NCBI GenBank assembly: GCA_963725665.1
Contig: CAVRZA010000001.1
Location: 224,001 to 288,000 of the forward strand
Direction: 5' to 3'
DNA length: 64,000 nt
DNA from: an uncultured Actinomycetes bacterium
GTDB lineage: Bacteria; Actinomycetota; Thermoleophilia; UBA2241
Both the position numbers and the translations under genes were made by a program. Shown here piece after piece: positions 38,006-48,947 of this stretch (position 1 is its first letter; each line of letters begins with the position of its first letter). The notes beneath the pieces were generated by a model. That model was given only the letters and a program-made list of their open reading frames with translations. It did not search any database and was not told the DNA's origin.

Positions 38006-38974
38006 ATGGTCCGCCAGGCGGATGAATCGAAGGCGAAGGCCTTCGAGCTCGGCAGGGAGGTGGTAGCGGACGGCCGCTTCGTGCGCCAGGCGAGCGCCTT
38101 TCGGCGCTGGGTCAACGCCGATGGCAGCTCTGGCTGGCCCTCCGCGGCCGGCCGCTACCACCTCTACGTCTGCCTCGCTTGCCCGTGGTCGCACCGTACG
38201 GTAATCGTGCGCCACATCAAGGGTCTCGAGGAGGCCGTCACCATGTCGCTCCTCGATCCCTACCGCGACGGGCGCGGCTGGGCGTTCAGCGGCGGCGAGT
38301 TCACCGATCCGGTCAACGGCTTCGCCTTCTTGCGCGAGGCCTACGAGGCCAGCGACCCGGTGTTCGGCGGGCGCGTCACTGTGCCTGTGCTGTGGGACAG
38401 GGAGACGCGACAGATCGTGAGCAACGAGTCGGCCGACATCGTGCGCATGTTCAACGGCGAGTTCGAGGGCTTCGCCCAGCACCACGTCGATCTCTATCCG
38501 CAGCCGCTGAGAGCCGAGATCGACGCCGTCAACGAGTTCGTCTACGAGAACGTCAACGACGGCGTCTACCAGGCCGGCTTCGCGCGCAGCCAGGCGGCGT
38601 ACGAGCGGGCCTACGAGCGTCTCTTCGCCGCTCTCGACCGGCTTGAGGAGAGGCTCGCGTCGAGTCGCTGCCTCGTGGGCGGCTCGCCCACCGAGGCCGA
38701 TTGGCGCCTCTTCCCGACGCTGGTGCGCTTCGACGCCGTCTACTACGGCCACTTCAAGTGCAACCGCCGCCGGCTGATCGACTATCCCAACCTGTGGGGT
38801 TACGCGCGCGACCTCTACCAGCGACCGGGTATCGCGCAGACCGTGGTCATGGACCAGATCAAGCGTCACTACTACACGACCCACGGCTTCTTGAACCCGA
38901 GCAGCATCATCCCGGCCGGTCCCGAGATCGACTTCGAAGCGCCGCACGACCGGGAGCGGCTGTCGACGGGCTAG
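38006..38974 (+). CDS. Glutathionyl-hydroquinone reductase (Xi-class GST, YqjG-like)
   Basis: GRYHLY, CPWSHR, RVTVPVLWD, NESADI and LVRFD..Y.GHFKCN motifs. Confidence 0.92.
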   Translation: MVRQADESKAKAFELGREVVADGRFVRQASAFRRWVNADGSSGWPSAAGRYHLYVCLACPWSHRTVIVRHIKGLEEAVTMSLLDPYRDGRGWAFSGGEFTDPVNGFAFLREAYEASDPVFGGRVTVPVLWDRETRQIVSNESADIVRMFNGEFEGFAQHHVDLYPQPLRAEIDAVNEFVYENVNDGVYQAGFARSQAAYERAYERLFAALDRLEERLASSRCLVGGSPTEADWRLFPTLVRFDAVYYGHFKCNRRRLIDYPNLWGYARDLYQRPGIAQTVVMDQIKRHYYTTHGFLNPSSIIPAGPEIDFEAPHDRERLSTG

Positions 38975-39017
38975 CCCGGCTCATCGGTCCGCGGCCCGAC
39001 AGGGGACCGTGCTCGGT

Positions 39018-39410
39018 TCAGTCCACCCACCAGTCGGGTAGCATCTCGGCGTCACGATTGCCGTGGCTCGGTGCGCCGAAGGCGACGATCTCCGCGCCTT
39101 GGGGACCGGCCTCGAGCTGACGGACTGTCGCGGGGGCAACGCGCAACGCGTCCCAGGGTCGCAGGTCGACGAGATCGTCGCCGACCTTTGCCCGCGCGGA
39201 GCCGCTCACGATGATGTAGACCTCCTCCTGATCGCGATGATGGTGACCGAAGGAGATGCGGTAGCCGGGGGCGTAGCGAAAGTAGGAGAGGCCTGAGTGT
39301 GCCAGCCCGAGCGGCACCCTCGCGAAACGGGACTCCAGGTGGTCTCCGAGGCCGAACTTGGGCGCCTGGTCCTCGACTTCCTTGAGGTTCACCAGGGTGT
39401 AAGGGGGCAT
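39018..39410 (-). CDS. Cupin domain protein
   Basis: GHHH.DQEEVY cupin motif; GGAGG RBS. Confidence 0.85.
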   Translation of the reverse strand: MPPYTLVNLKEVEDQAPKFGLGDHLESRFARVPLGLAHSGLSYFRYAPGYRISFGHHHRDQEEVYIIVSGSARAKVGDDLVDLRPWDALRVAPATVRQLEAGPQGAEIVAFGAPSHGNRDAEMLPDWWVD

Positions 39411-39621
39411 CCTTTCCTCCTTCGCTAGAGCTCATCGCTCGCCTTGTCCGTCGCCGCCCCCGCCGCGGATGTGCCCTGTGTACCCCGTGGGCGCAAGGGA
39501 CGAGTCCCCCTTGAGCGCTCGTCCGCGTCGGACCTCGGCGGCGTGGAACGACTCTCCGTTGGGCTCGCGGTATCCTCCCTGCGGGAGTCTGTGGCGTGCG
39601 GGCTGACCTCGAAAGGAGTGG

Positions 39622-40038
39622 ATGATGACCAAGATTCCAGATGAGCTCAGAGATCTGCTGTCGGGCGGTCACAACGTGTGGGTGGCAACGGTCGGGCGCG
39701 ACGGTGCGCCGAACGTGTCGATCAAGGGGAGTGGGGCGCTGCTGGACGACGAGCACCTCTACTTCGCCGACATGTTCTCGCGCAAGACTCGCGAGAACCT
39801 CGAGCACGACAGCCGCGTCGCCGTGGGCATCCACGATCCCGAGCGCAAGTTGGCGATGCAGGTGAAGGGCCATGCCGAGCTCATCGATCACGGCGACGTC
39901 TTCGACCAAGTCAACGAGAAGCTCAAGGCGGTGAGCGAGGAGCTGCACCTGCCGCCCATGAAGTACGTGGTGCGCATCACTGTTGATTCCGTATGGGACA
40001 TGGGGCCGGGGCCGCACGCCGGCGAGGAGATCGCGTAG
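39622..40038 (+). CDS. Pyridoxamine 5'-phosphate oxidase-like FMN-binding protein
   Basis: VATV..DG.PNVS, KTRENL and QVKG motifs. Confidence 0.85.
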   Translation: MMTKIPDELRDLLSGGHNVWVATVGRDGAPNVSIKGSGALLDDEHLYFADMFSRKTRENLEHDSRVAVGIHDPERKLAMQVKGHAELIDHGDVFDQVNEKLKAVSEELHLPPMKYVVRITVDSVWDMGPGPHAGEEIA

Positions 40039-40075
40039 CGGCCCGTCGCCGGCGCGGGAACCCGCCCCGTTCTCG

Positions 40076-40516
40076 CTAGTACTTCTTCGCCAGCTTCATC
40101 ACCCAGCGGTGGAAGCTGTGCCCGGTGAATCCGGGCGTCACGTACATTACCGCGCAGGTGCCGTGCTCGCAGCGCAGGTGGGCGCCCTCGGCCTTGCTCA
40201 GCGCCTCCGGCGTCTCCGTGCTCTGGTGCACCCAGACATTGGGGATGTCGGCGGCGACGATGCTGTCCATCCAGCGCGCCGCGTCCTGCTTGGCCACCTC
40301 GAGCACGGCCGCCTCGACGGGCTGCGGTAGCGACGCCAGATCGGGATAGGTGTGGTTACCCTCGATCTCGCTCGCTCCGGGGTCGACGGCGAAGACCGTC
40401 TTGCCCAGTCGCTTCAAGCCTTTGTAGGTCAGTTGCGGGAACTTCCTTCCGCCGCTCGAGTCGCCGATCACCGCGTAGCTTGACAGGCTCCAGAAGTCCT
40501 CTCTCGTGGAAGGCAT
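40076..40516 (-). CDS. CoA-binding protein
   Basis: YAVIG, YPDLASLP, VWVH and GTCAVM motifs. Confidence 0.85.
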   Translation of the reverse strand: MPSTREDFWSLSSYAVIGDSSGGRKFPQLTYKGLKRLGKTVFAVDPGASEIEGNHTYPDLASLPQPVEAAVLEVAKQDAARWMDSIVAADIPNVWVHQSTETPEALSKAEGAHLRCEHGTCAVMYVTPGFTGHSFHRWVMKLAKKY

Positions 40517-40638
40517 GCTCCTCCCTTCGTGGAGGTCGCCGGCAGTTCTGCGCAAAGCCTACCAGCCAAGTGGTCCGCTGCGCAGGGTCGAGTGGGGCGG
40601 CGGGGTAGCCTGCGGCAGTGCTGCTGCGTGCCGCCGCC

Positions 40639-41208
40639 CTAAGCGAGCCGCTGCCCCTCGCGCACACGACGCACCGTCTCGGTGATGCGCCGCTGCCGCG
40701 TCTCGTCGCGCTTGGCCTCGTTTACCCAGTACAGGTATTGCCTGCGGTGGGACGGCGGCAGGCTCGTGAAGGTCTCATAGGCCTCGCCTTCGCGCAGGGC
40801 GCCGACGAGGTCCTCCGGCACCACGTCGACGTCCTCGCGCGCGCTGGCCGCATCCCACTCGCCGTTGGCTTTGGCGGCCTCGACCGCCGCCAGACCCGCC
40901 GGCGTCATCCTCCCTCCCTCGATGAGACGCTCCACGCGGTCCTTGTTGCTCGGCGACCAGATGCTGCGCCGGCCGCGCGGCGTGAAGCGCAGGGCGTGGC
41001 TCTCGTCGTCGATGCGGCGCAGATGGCCGTCGATCCAGCCGAAGCAGAGAGCCTCCTCGACGGCCTCGTCGAGAGTCACTGACGGCCGCGCCACGTGCTT
41101 CTTGAGGAGCACGAGCCAGATCTCGCGCGCGCTCTCGTGATGCGCCTCGAGCCAGGTCCGCCACGTCTCCCTGTCGGGCGCGAAGAAGGTATCGGTGATC
41201 TCGCGCAT
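40639..41208 (-). CDS. YdeI/OmpD-associated family protein
   Basis: EALCFGWIDG, FTPR..RSIWS..NK and AKRDETR.RRI motifs. Confidence 0.9.
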   Translation of the reverse strand: MREITDTFFAPDRETWRTWLEAHHESAREIWLVLLKKHVARPSVTLDEAVEEALCFGWIDGHLRRIDDESHALRFTPRGRRSIWSPSNKDRVERLIEGGRMTPAGLAAVEAAKANGEWDAASAREDVDVVPEDLVGALREGEAYETFTSLPPSHRRQYLYWVNEAKRDETRQRRITETVRRVREGQRLA

Positions 41209-41224
41209 CGCCGGCCGCTCGCGG

Positions 41225-42211
<987 letters not shown>

Positions 42212-42493
42212 CGGCACCTCCTCGTCGCTCGCGTCCGGCGCGCTCTCGCCGCCGGGGCGGCGAAGCCAGTTTCGCTTCCGCCGCCCGGACGGCCGTTCTC
42301 GAGCGTATGGTTCCCGCTTGCGTCCGAAAGACGGCAGACGGGCCGGCGACGGCCGAGGTAAGCGGGGATTCGCCAGCAATCTTCGCAGAGGCGAGGGGGC
42401 GGCGTCTCGTACGACGCGCCGCCCCCTCGCGGGTGAGCGTTGGCTACACGCGCGGGCTTCTCGGACGACCCGAGCCAGCCCATTGTCGGTTCG

Positions 42494-43225
42494 TCAGGTC
42501 GTGGGTGCCGGCTGGCGTACCGTCAGGACCTCGGCCGTATAGACAGGTGTGGCCGGTACGGTGCGATCGATCGTACCCGATGTCCAGATTACCGCGCCCG
42601 GCTTCACGTCGGCCAGCGTGATCGGCGTCTTGACTCCGTCGATCCAGGCGAAGAGCCTCGTGTCCGACGTGACCTTCACCGGGAGCTGTGAGCCGAGAGC
42701 CCTCCAAAGGGCTCGCGAGGCCGAGCGCACGGTGAGGGTGACCGACCCTGCCGTGGTGTCGACGCCGGCGACCCGTCCTCCGCAGGAGAACTCGGTCAGC
42801 TGGTCGGCCGGCACCCAGTGGCGCACCTTGATGAGCTTGGCGACGTATACCGGCGCCGCCGGCGAGCTCCGGTCGATGCGGCCCTCGATCTCGACGCGGT
42901 CGCCCGCTTTGACGGCCTTGAGTGCGATCACGTGTGCGATGCCTTCGTTGATGGAAAGGATCGAGGCCTTGGGGGCCACGCGCAGCGTCAAGTGACGGCC
43001 GATGTAGGGGCGCACCCCGGCAGATCCGAGGCGCACGTGGACGGTGAGCGCCGACGCGGTGGTGAAGACCCGCTCGACTTTGCCCGTGAGGCTGAAGGTG
43101 GCGGGCGGGGTGCCGGCGGTGGTGCCTGTGGCGGGCGACAACTTGGGGCCGGTCGCGGCCACGGCGGACGCGACGAGCGCGAGCGCCACCAGTGCGATCG
43201 CGCCTGCGATAAGTAGCTTCTTCAC
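42494..43225 (-). CDS. Secreted protein with two OB-fold-like (DUF5666-like) repeats
   Basis: Signal peptide; duplicated 'G.IDR..PA.PVY.A' unit; AAGGAG RBS. Confidence 0.75.
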   Translation of the reverse strand: MKKLLIAGAIALVALALVASAVAATGPKLSPATGTTAGTPPATFSLTGKVERVFTTASALTVHVRLGSAGVRPYIGRHLTLRVAPKASILSINEGIAHVIALKAVKAGDRVEIEGRIDRSSPAAPVYVAKLIKVRHWVPADQLTEFSCGGRVAGVDTTAGSVTLTVRSASRALWRALGSQLPVKVTSDTRLFAWIDGVKTPITLADVKPGAVIWTSGTIDRTVPATPVYTAEVLTVRQPAPTT

Positions 43226-43267
43226 GGATCTCCTCCTTCGCTCGAACACGGGTTCCTCTCGATACAG

Positions 43268-43294
43268 AAACGTCGCCTCGGCCTCTGCCTTAGC
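43268..43294 (-). promoter_or_regulatory. Putative ECF promoter GCTAAGG-N14-ACGTTT for the secreted OB-repeat gene
   Basis: Motif shared with two other copies (43388-43414 and 46617-46644). Confidence 0.6.
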
Positions 43295-43387
43295 AGGGAG
43301 GACTCTGGTCTGTGGGGGACGTGGAACCCTCCGTCGTCACCCGGCCGGCCCACTGTTGGGGAGGTCGGGCACGATTGGCCTGGGAGT

Positions 43388-43414
43388 GTTAAGGTTTTCA
43401 GAGCGGCAGCGTTT
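43388..43414 (+). promoter_or_regulatory. Putative autoregulatory ECF promoter GTTAAGG-N14-GCGTTT
   Basis: Lies about 60 nt upstream of the sigma ATG; same bipartite motif. Confidence 0.6.
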
Positions 43415-43473
43415 CATACCTGAAGGGCGACCGTTCCGGCGCCGCACGGGCGGCGGACGACGAAGCAGGTGCC

Positions 43474-44757
43474 ATGCTGGACTGGGTGGGGGAGCGACCG
43501 CGCGGCTGTGACGATGCCGCCCGTCAGGCGCAGTTCGTGGACCTCCACCGCGACCACGCCACCGGCGTCTTCAACCTCGCGCTGCAACTCGTCGGTCACC
43601 GCGAGGATGCGCGTGATATAACCCAGGAGGTGCTGCTCAAGGCCTTCGAGCAGCTGGCGCGCCCCGGTCCCTTCAACGCTCGTGCCTGGCTCTACCGCGT
43701 CACCGTCAACGCCTGCTTCGATCATCTACGCGCCCGGCGCAGAAAGCCGGTCATCGATCTCGAAGGCCGCGCCGAACCCGCGGCCACGGTCAATGAATAC
43801 GAGCAGGCCGAGCTGCAGCGGCAGCTGGGCTGTGCGCTGCGCCGGCTGCCGCCGGCGCAGCGCACAGCCCTCATGCTGCGCGAGGTCCACGGCCTCCCGG
43901 TCGCCGAGGTCGCCTACGTGCTGGGCGTGCAAACCGACTCTGCCGCCGTCACGCTCTCGCGCGCCCGCAGCTCGTTCCGGCGCCGCTTTCTCGAGGTCGC
44001 GAACGGCGCGACGACGGAGTTGCGCGAAGAGCGGGACGCCGATGTCGGGGCGGCCGGCGACGCACGCCGCCGTCGCGCCCTGGGGGGCGGCGCGTCGGCC
44101 GGCCTGGTCGTCGGGGTGGGCATCGGCCTGCCCTCGCTCTGGTGGCCGGCGTTGCCTCTGCCGGCGAGCCTCGAGGCCTCGTCGCTGCTCCCGGCCCTCG
44201 CGCCGGCGGCGCCGGTCGCCGCGCTGGCGGCGCCAGCCGCGGCGGCCGGCGCCGCCGGCGCGATCGGCAAGATCGCCGCGGCCCTCTCCACCAAGGCCGC
44301 GGCCGTCGCCGTCGGCGCGAGCCTCGTGGCGGGGGGTGTCGGCGGCGTCTACACGGCCGAACGCACGGCGACCTCCACGAGGCACGCCGGCGCTGTGACG
44401 CAGGCATCCGCCCACGCTGTGGACAAGGCGCGAGGGGTCGGCAACGCTGCGAGCCCGCACCCGTCACCGCGCTCGACTGCGCCGGGGTACGCACTGGCTT
44501 CCCCGTCGCCCGGCGCCTCCTCGAGCGTGTTGCCGACGGTGTCGGCGGCGCCGCAGCCGGCCCCGTCAGAGACGACTTTGGGCGAGACCGGCGACCCCGT
44601 CGTCGACGGTGGCGGCTCGGGCATCATCGGCTCGCCGAGTCCCACACCGTCACCGGTGGCGACGCCCTCCGCCTCTGCCTCCGCTCCGGCCCCAGACCCG
44701 ACGCCGAGCCCGTCGGCCTCGCCGTCGGCGAGCGTCTCGCCTTCCCCATCGCCCTAG
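43474..44757 (+). CDS. ECF sigma factor with a long C-terminal extension (hydrophobic segment plus Pro/Ser-rich tail)
   Basis: DARDITQEVLLKA, AWLYRVTVN, LPPAQR.ALMLRE..GL and LSRAR motifs. Confidence 0.9.
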   Translation: MLDWVGERPRGCDDAARQAQFVDLHRDHATGVFNLALQLVGHREDARDITQEVLLKAFEQLARPGPFNARAWLYRVTVNACFDHLRARRRKPVIDLEGRAEPAATVNEYEQAELQRQLGCALRRLPPAQRTALMLREVHGLPVAEVAYVLGVQTDSAAVTLSRARSSFRRRFLEVANGATTELREERDADVGAAGDARRRRALGGGASAGLVVGVGIGLPSLWWPALPLPASLEASSLLPALAPAAPVAALAAPAAAAGAAGAIGKIAAALSTKAAAVAVGASLVAGGVGGVYTAERTATSTRHAGAVTQASAHAVDKARGVGNAASPHPSPRSTAPGYALASPSPGASSSVLPTVSAAPQPAPSETTLGETGDPVVDGGGSGIIGSPSPTPSPVATPSASASAPAPDPTPSPSASPSASVSPSPSP

Positions 44758-44850
44758 TCCTCGGGGTCGCTCTACTCACGTCCTGCAGCGCGGCACGGCC
44801 GATCTCCGGTCGCGTGGGCCAAAGGCGGTGAGCCGGATTCGGGAGGAGCG

Positions 44851-46443
44851 TCAGTAGCGCGTGCGTCCCGGCAGGGCCAGGAAGGCGCGGAGCCCGTTCT
44901 CGGTGAACGCCTTGACGTTGCCCGAGCGCGGCGGCGTCGAGGGGTTGCCGTCGTTGTCCCAGGCGATGCCGGTGAATGTCAGTCCGACGGCCTGTAGCTC
45001 GACCAGCTCGACGCCGCCCGTGGTGACGCCGGGCTGCATGGAACCGGTGGCTGCGTTGTACGCGTGGACGAGCTCATGGTAGAGGCCGACGATCGGCGGG
45101 CGCTTCATCCAGGGGTCGGCGCCGGCGCCCACCGTGATCCTGTACGGGTCGTAGGAGACCTTACTGCCAGAACCACCGCCGCGCACGCCGCCCGCGCTCA
45201 GGTAGGCGTTCGCAGCATCGAGCACCTGCGTAGCGTTGCCGCCGGACGTCGGCGCAGCCACGACGCTGCGCCGCGCGTCATCGATAGCTGCGAGAAGACG
45301 GCGACCGATCGGCAAGGAGCGCAGCGCCTCCATGTCGGAGGCGAAACGGGGCGCGAAGGCGGGGTCGGTCACGGAAGAGACGGAGCTTCCCGGGGGCTTG
45401 CCGGCGGCGTTGGTCGACGCGAGCGAGACCCAGGTCACCGTGCCGGGGGCGCTGAAGGGGCGGCGGTCGGTCCGCTGCGCGAACGTGCGTTGCGAGCCGC
45501 TGCCGCCATCGTATCTGTCGCTGCCGCCGCCCCCGGCGAGCAGGTCGTTGCCCGGTCCACCGTAGAGGGCATCATCGCCCTGGCCACCGAAGAGAAGATC
45601 GGAGCCGGGACCACCGTTGAGCCCGTCGTTGCCCGTCCCACCGTCAAGGTAGTCGTTGCCGCCGTCACCGCGCAGCGTGTCGGCGCCGCCGAGCCCGTAG
45701 AGGACGTCGTCGCCGGCGCCGCCCTCGATTCTGTCGTCGTCGGCGTCGCCTTCGAGGTAGTCGCGCCCGTCGCCGCTGGAGAGAGAGTCGTCTCCCGGGC
45801 CTCCGGTCGCGCCGTCGTCACCGGCTCCCGCCCACACGCGGTCGTTGCCAGCCCCGGCATCGATGAGATCATCGCCGGCTCCTCCGTGGATGGTGTCCGC
45901 CCCGCCGCCGCCGAAGATGCGGTCCGCTCCCGGGCCGCCGTTGACGACGTCGCGGCCGGCGCCGGCGTCGACGTAGTCGTCGCCGGCGCCGGCCGCGACC
46001 CTGTCGGCTCCCTCTCCGGCCCAGACGCTGTCGGCTCCGGCGCCTGCGGTGATCACGTCGTCGCCGCGCCCGCCGAGGATGGAGAGGCCGGCGGTGACGC
46101 TGATGTCGGCGGTGATCGTGTCGTTGCCCGCCAGGCCGTCGATGAGCAGCTGCGGCACGTCCTGCGCCGCGTGGGTCGTCGCGCTGCCGTTGATCGTCAC
46201 CGTAAGCGAGCCGTCGTCGTTCTGGTGGATCAGGATGGTGTCGTTGCCGGGCGTCCCGGAGGCGGTGACGGTGGCCGTCGCCGCGGCGGTCCTCGGCGCG
46301 GTGGCCGTCGCCGCGAGGCCGGCGAGGTCGGGAACGTCGCGACTGGCGGCCTCGCGCACGGCGACCGAGGACGGCGACGCGACGGGCGCCGCGAGCCAGG
46401 CGACGGCAAACACGGCGGCGATCACTGTGCCAGCGAGCGCCAT
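44851..46443 (-). CDS. Secreted RTX-like Ca-binding repeat protein with a C-terminal M91-like zinc metallopeptidase
   Basis: Signal-like N-terminus; many GGxGxD nonapeptides; [21 protein letters not shown] and TENGLR..L....RT.Y; start uncertain. Confidence 0.85.
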   Translation of the reverse strand: MALAGTVIAAVFAVAWLAAPVASPSSVAVREAASRDVPDLAGLAATATAPRTAAATATVTASGTPGNDTILIHQNDDGSLTVTINGSATTHAAQDVPQLLIDGLAGNDTITADISVTAGLSILGGRGDDVITAGAGADSVWAGEGADRVAAGAGDDYVDAGAGRDVVNGGPGADRIFGGGGADTIHGGAGDDLIDAGAGNDRVWAGAGDDGATGGPGDDSLSSGDGRDYLEGDADDDRIEGGAGDDVLYGLGGADTLRGDGGNDYLDGGTGNDGLNGGPGSDLLFGGQGDDALYGGPGNDLLAGGGGSDRYDGGSGSQRTFAQRTDRRPFSAPGTVTWVSLASTNAAGKPPGSSVSSVTDPAFAPRFASDMEALRSLPIGRRLLAAIDDARRSVVAAPTSGGNATQVLDAANAYLSAGGVRGGGSGSKVSYDPYRITVGAGADPWMKRPPIVGLYHELVHAYNAATGSMQPGVTTGGVELVELQAVGLTFTGIAWDNDGNPSTPPRSGNVKAFTENGLRAFLALPGRTRY

Positions 46444-46616
46444 GCCGCCTCCGGTCGCGCGTTCGCGATGGATTCCAGCCCCACGGCGCGGCTCACGACG
46501 TTCGCTCACGCCGAGTGCGTGTTCTCCCGTCGGCTCCTCCACACAGGCTCCTCGTCCGGGACGCTGCACCCCGGCACGCGTCCAGCGGGCGCGGGGACAC
46601 GACCGCCTGCAAGCAT

Positions 46617-46644
46617 AAACGTATCCGAGCGTGGTTTCCTTAGC
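46617..46644 (-). promoter_or_regulatory. Putative ECF promoter GCTAAGG-N15-ACGTTT for the RTX peptidase
   Basis: Third copy of the motif. Confidence 0.55.
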
Positions 46645-46743
46645 ACGCCGAGAGTGGCCGACGTTCGAGGGGTCGTGCGGGGGACTCAAGTGCGTCTCGC
46701 GGGATTCCCACAGCCTCTCGGGGTGCCTGCGACGCGCGTGGGC

Positions 46744-48069
46744 TCAGCCGAAGACGGGCACGAGGAAGCCTTCGCTGTCGAACTCGAGGCGGCGCTCGTC
46801 GCGATCGACCTCGAGCTCCCAGATGGCGCTCAAGGCGCCGAGGCAGCCCCGCGACACCAGCAGGCGCTCAAGGCGCATGGTGTCGCGGATCCACACGAGG
46901 CGCAGGTCGTCGTCGGTGTAGGGCCTGATCGTCGTCAGGAGCGCGGCGATGACCTCGCGTTCGGTGGCGAACACGAGCGGCAGCCTGGAGTCCTCGGGCG
47001 TGCACGAGGTCAGGGCGTTCATCGCCGTCGCCTCGAGGTCGATGCCGGCGGCGAACCTGCGGCTGACGGCGGAGACCATACCCAACCCCAACGCGTTGCC
47101 CTGCGTGGTCGCGCTGAGACGACGCACCACGATACGCGCGATGCACGGCTCCTCCCGGGGCGCGATCCCAAGGCCGCGGGAGGAGCCGATGACGTTGGGG
47201 TCCATGCCGGCGCCGCTGATCTCCTTGCCCATCTCGTCGACGATCAGCAGGTCGATGTCGGTGAGCGGCAGCCGCGGCAGCACGCTCTTCGCCAAGGCCA
47301 GCAGCATGATCTCGGTGGCCTCGAGCGTCTCGGGTGGCACGAGACGGACGACCATGGGCTCGTGGTCCTGGTTCTCGACGATGGCCACGGCGAAGAGGAC
47401 GTTGACCTTGGCGAGGAGGGCGCGGGCGACGGCGAGGATCGACTCGCCGAGCCCGCGCGAAAGGCCGTAGCGGTGGTACCGCTCGGCCCCCGCCTGCTTG
47501 CCGAGGCCAATGGCCAGCATCTTGAGAGGGCCGCTCTCGACCGGTCCGACGAAGTCGGTGTGCGGCTTCACGCGGTTGACGAGGACGACACCGTCGGCCT
47601 CGTATGCGTTGCGGTCGAGATACAGGGGGATGCCGTTGGCTTCACCGAGCACCGCGACCTCCATCGTCGCGCGCACCGGCGCTCCCACGCTGTCGGGCGT
47701 GACGCCTCGGTGGGCGAGCACCTCGGTCTGCCCCTGGGCCGTCGCGCCGCCGTGGGAACCCATGGCGGGCACGATGAAGGGCTCGAGTCCCTGCTCCTTC
47801 AGCTTCGCGACCACGTGGCGGACCGTCTCCGGCAGGCGGTCGATGCCGCGGCTGCCGACGGCGACCGCCACGCGCGCACCACGGGGCAGCGTGATGCGCG
47901 AGGCCACCGACTCCCACTGGCCATCGATCTCGCGCGCAGGGTCGACGGGGGGTGGCACCACGAAGCTCTGGCGGACCAGGTGCATCGCTGGCAGCCGTGG
48001 TTCCCCCTTGTGAAGCGGGAACGAAAGAACGGGGACGCTGAGGGAGCCTGCTGAGGGTGTCTCGTCCAC
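46744..48069 (-). CDS. LarA/DUF362-like domain protein
   Basis: AVGSRGI, PAMGSHGGAT, NRVKPHTDF, ESG..KM..IGLGK and GKEISGAGMD motifs; start may be 47985. Confidence 0.85.
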   Translation of the reverse strand: MDETPSAGSLSVPVLSFPLHKGEPRLPAMHLVRQSFVVPPPVDPAREIDGQWESVASRITLPRGARVAVAVGSRGIDRLPETVRHVVAKLKEQGLEPFIVPAMGSHGGATAQGQTEVLAHRGVTPDSVGAPVRATMEVAVLGEANGIPLYLDRNAYEADGVVLVNRVKPHTDFVGPVESGPLKMLAIGLGKQAGAERYHRYGLSRGLGESILAVARALLAKVNVLFAVAIVENQDHEPMVVRLVPPETLEATEIMLLALAKSVLPRLPLTDIDLLIVDEMGKEISGAGMDPNVIGSSRGLGIAPREEPCIARIVVRRLSATTQGNALGLGMVSAVSRRFAAGIDLEATAMNALTSCTPEDSRLPLVFATEREVIAALLTTIRPYTDDDLRLVWIRDTMRLERLLVSRGCLGALSAIWELEVDRDERRLEFDSEGFLVPVFG

Positions 48070-48109
48070 GAGGGCCAGCGTACCACTACGCGCCCGGGCC
48101 AGGGAAAGA

Positions 48110-48147
48110 GTCGACGGCGCGCGACGCGGGGTCGACGGCGCGCGACG
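48110..48147 (+). repeat. Direct repeat GTCGACGGCGCGCGACG x2 (21-bp period) in a divergent promoter region
   Basis: Copies at 48110-48126 and 48131-48147. Confidence 0.7.
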
Positions 48148-48212
48148 GGGGTTAACACCGCCGCGCCAGGGGTACTAGGGGCCCAGGTCGCTTCTCACGT
48201 CTGGGGGATCAC

Positions 48213-48452
48213 ATGGCGAACGACACCGCTTCACTCACGCTCGACTGCATCGGGCTATACTGCCCCGAGCCGCTCTTCCAGACCCGCGAGAGCATCGACT
48301 CGATCGAGATCGGCGAGGTGCTCGAGGTGTTCACGGACGACCCGGCGGCCGAGGAGGACCTCACGCGCTTCGCCAAGCGCGCGGGTCACGAGGTCGTGGC
48401 CCTCGAGCGTGACGGTGACCAGCTGCACATCCTGATCCGGCGCCTGAAGTGA
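48213..48452 (+). CDS. tusA: TusA family sulfurtransferase
   Basis: LDCIGLYCPEP and DDPAA motifs; 79 aa. Confidence 0.9.
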   Translation: MANDTASLTLDCIGLYCPEPLFQTRESIDSIEIGEVLEVFTDDPAAEEDLTRFAKRAGHEVVALERDGDQLHILIRRLK

Positions 48453-48550
48453 CGCGGCGCTGAGGCTCGCGATCGGACTGCGATCGCTCCTGCCGCGCCC
48501 GGCAGGGCGCACGACCGGCAGTAACACCACGACGGATAGGGAGAGAGACG

Positions 48551-48913
48551 ATGAGAAACGAGAAGGCTATCCTCTACGTGCAGACCACAGACCAGCCCGA
48601 GAAGCAGTACTCGCCGCTGGTGCTCGCGCAGACGGCGAAGGCCATGGACCTCGAGCCCGCCGTCTACTACCTTGGCTTGGGGCTCAAGATCCTCAAGCCG
48701 GGCGCTGCCGACCAGATCAAGCTGGGGACCTTCCCCAGCGTCAAGGAGATGCTCGACAAGACGCTCGGCATGGGGATTCCCGTCTACGTGTGCGAGGCTT
48801 CGAAGCAGATGCTCGGTTGGGAGACGGTGGAGCTCATCGACGGCGTCAAGATCGTCGGCGCGGGGACGCTCAACGACCTCTCGCTCGACGCCGGCGCCAC
48901 GATGTGGTTCTGA
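48551..48913 (+). CDS. DsrE/F-like sulfur relay protein
   Basis: VYVCEAS motif, GVKIVGAG, DsrE-like size. Confidence 0.85.
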   Translation: MRNEKAILYVQTTDQPEKQYSPLVLAQTAKAMDLEPAVYYLGLGLKILKPGAADQIKLGTFPSVKEMLDKTLGMGIPVYVCEASKQMLGWETVELIDGVKIVGAGTLNDLSLDAGATMWF

Positions 48914-48947
48914 TTCCGCAGTCGTCGTGTCGAGAGAGAACGCGCCG

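Noticed and set aside
45064-48054. Long ORFs such as 996 aa (+), 56091-58673 (+) and 5439-7319 (-)
   Set aside because: Antisense shadows of real high-GC genes, with no motifs
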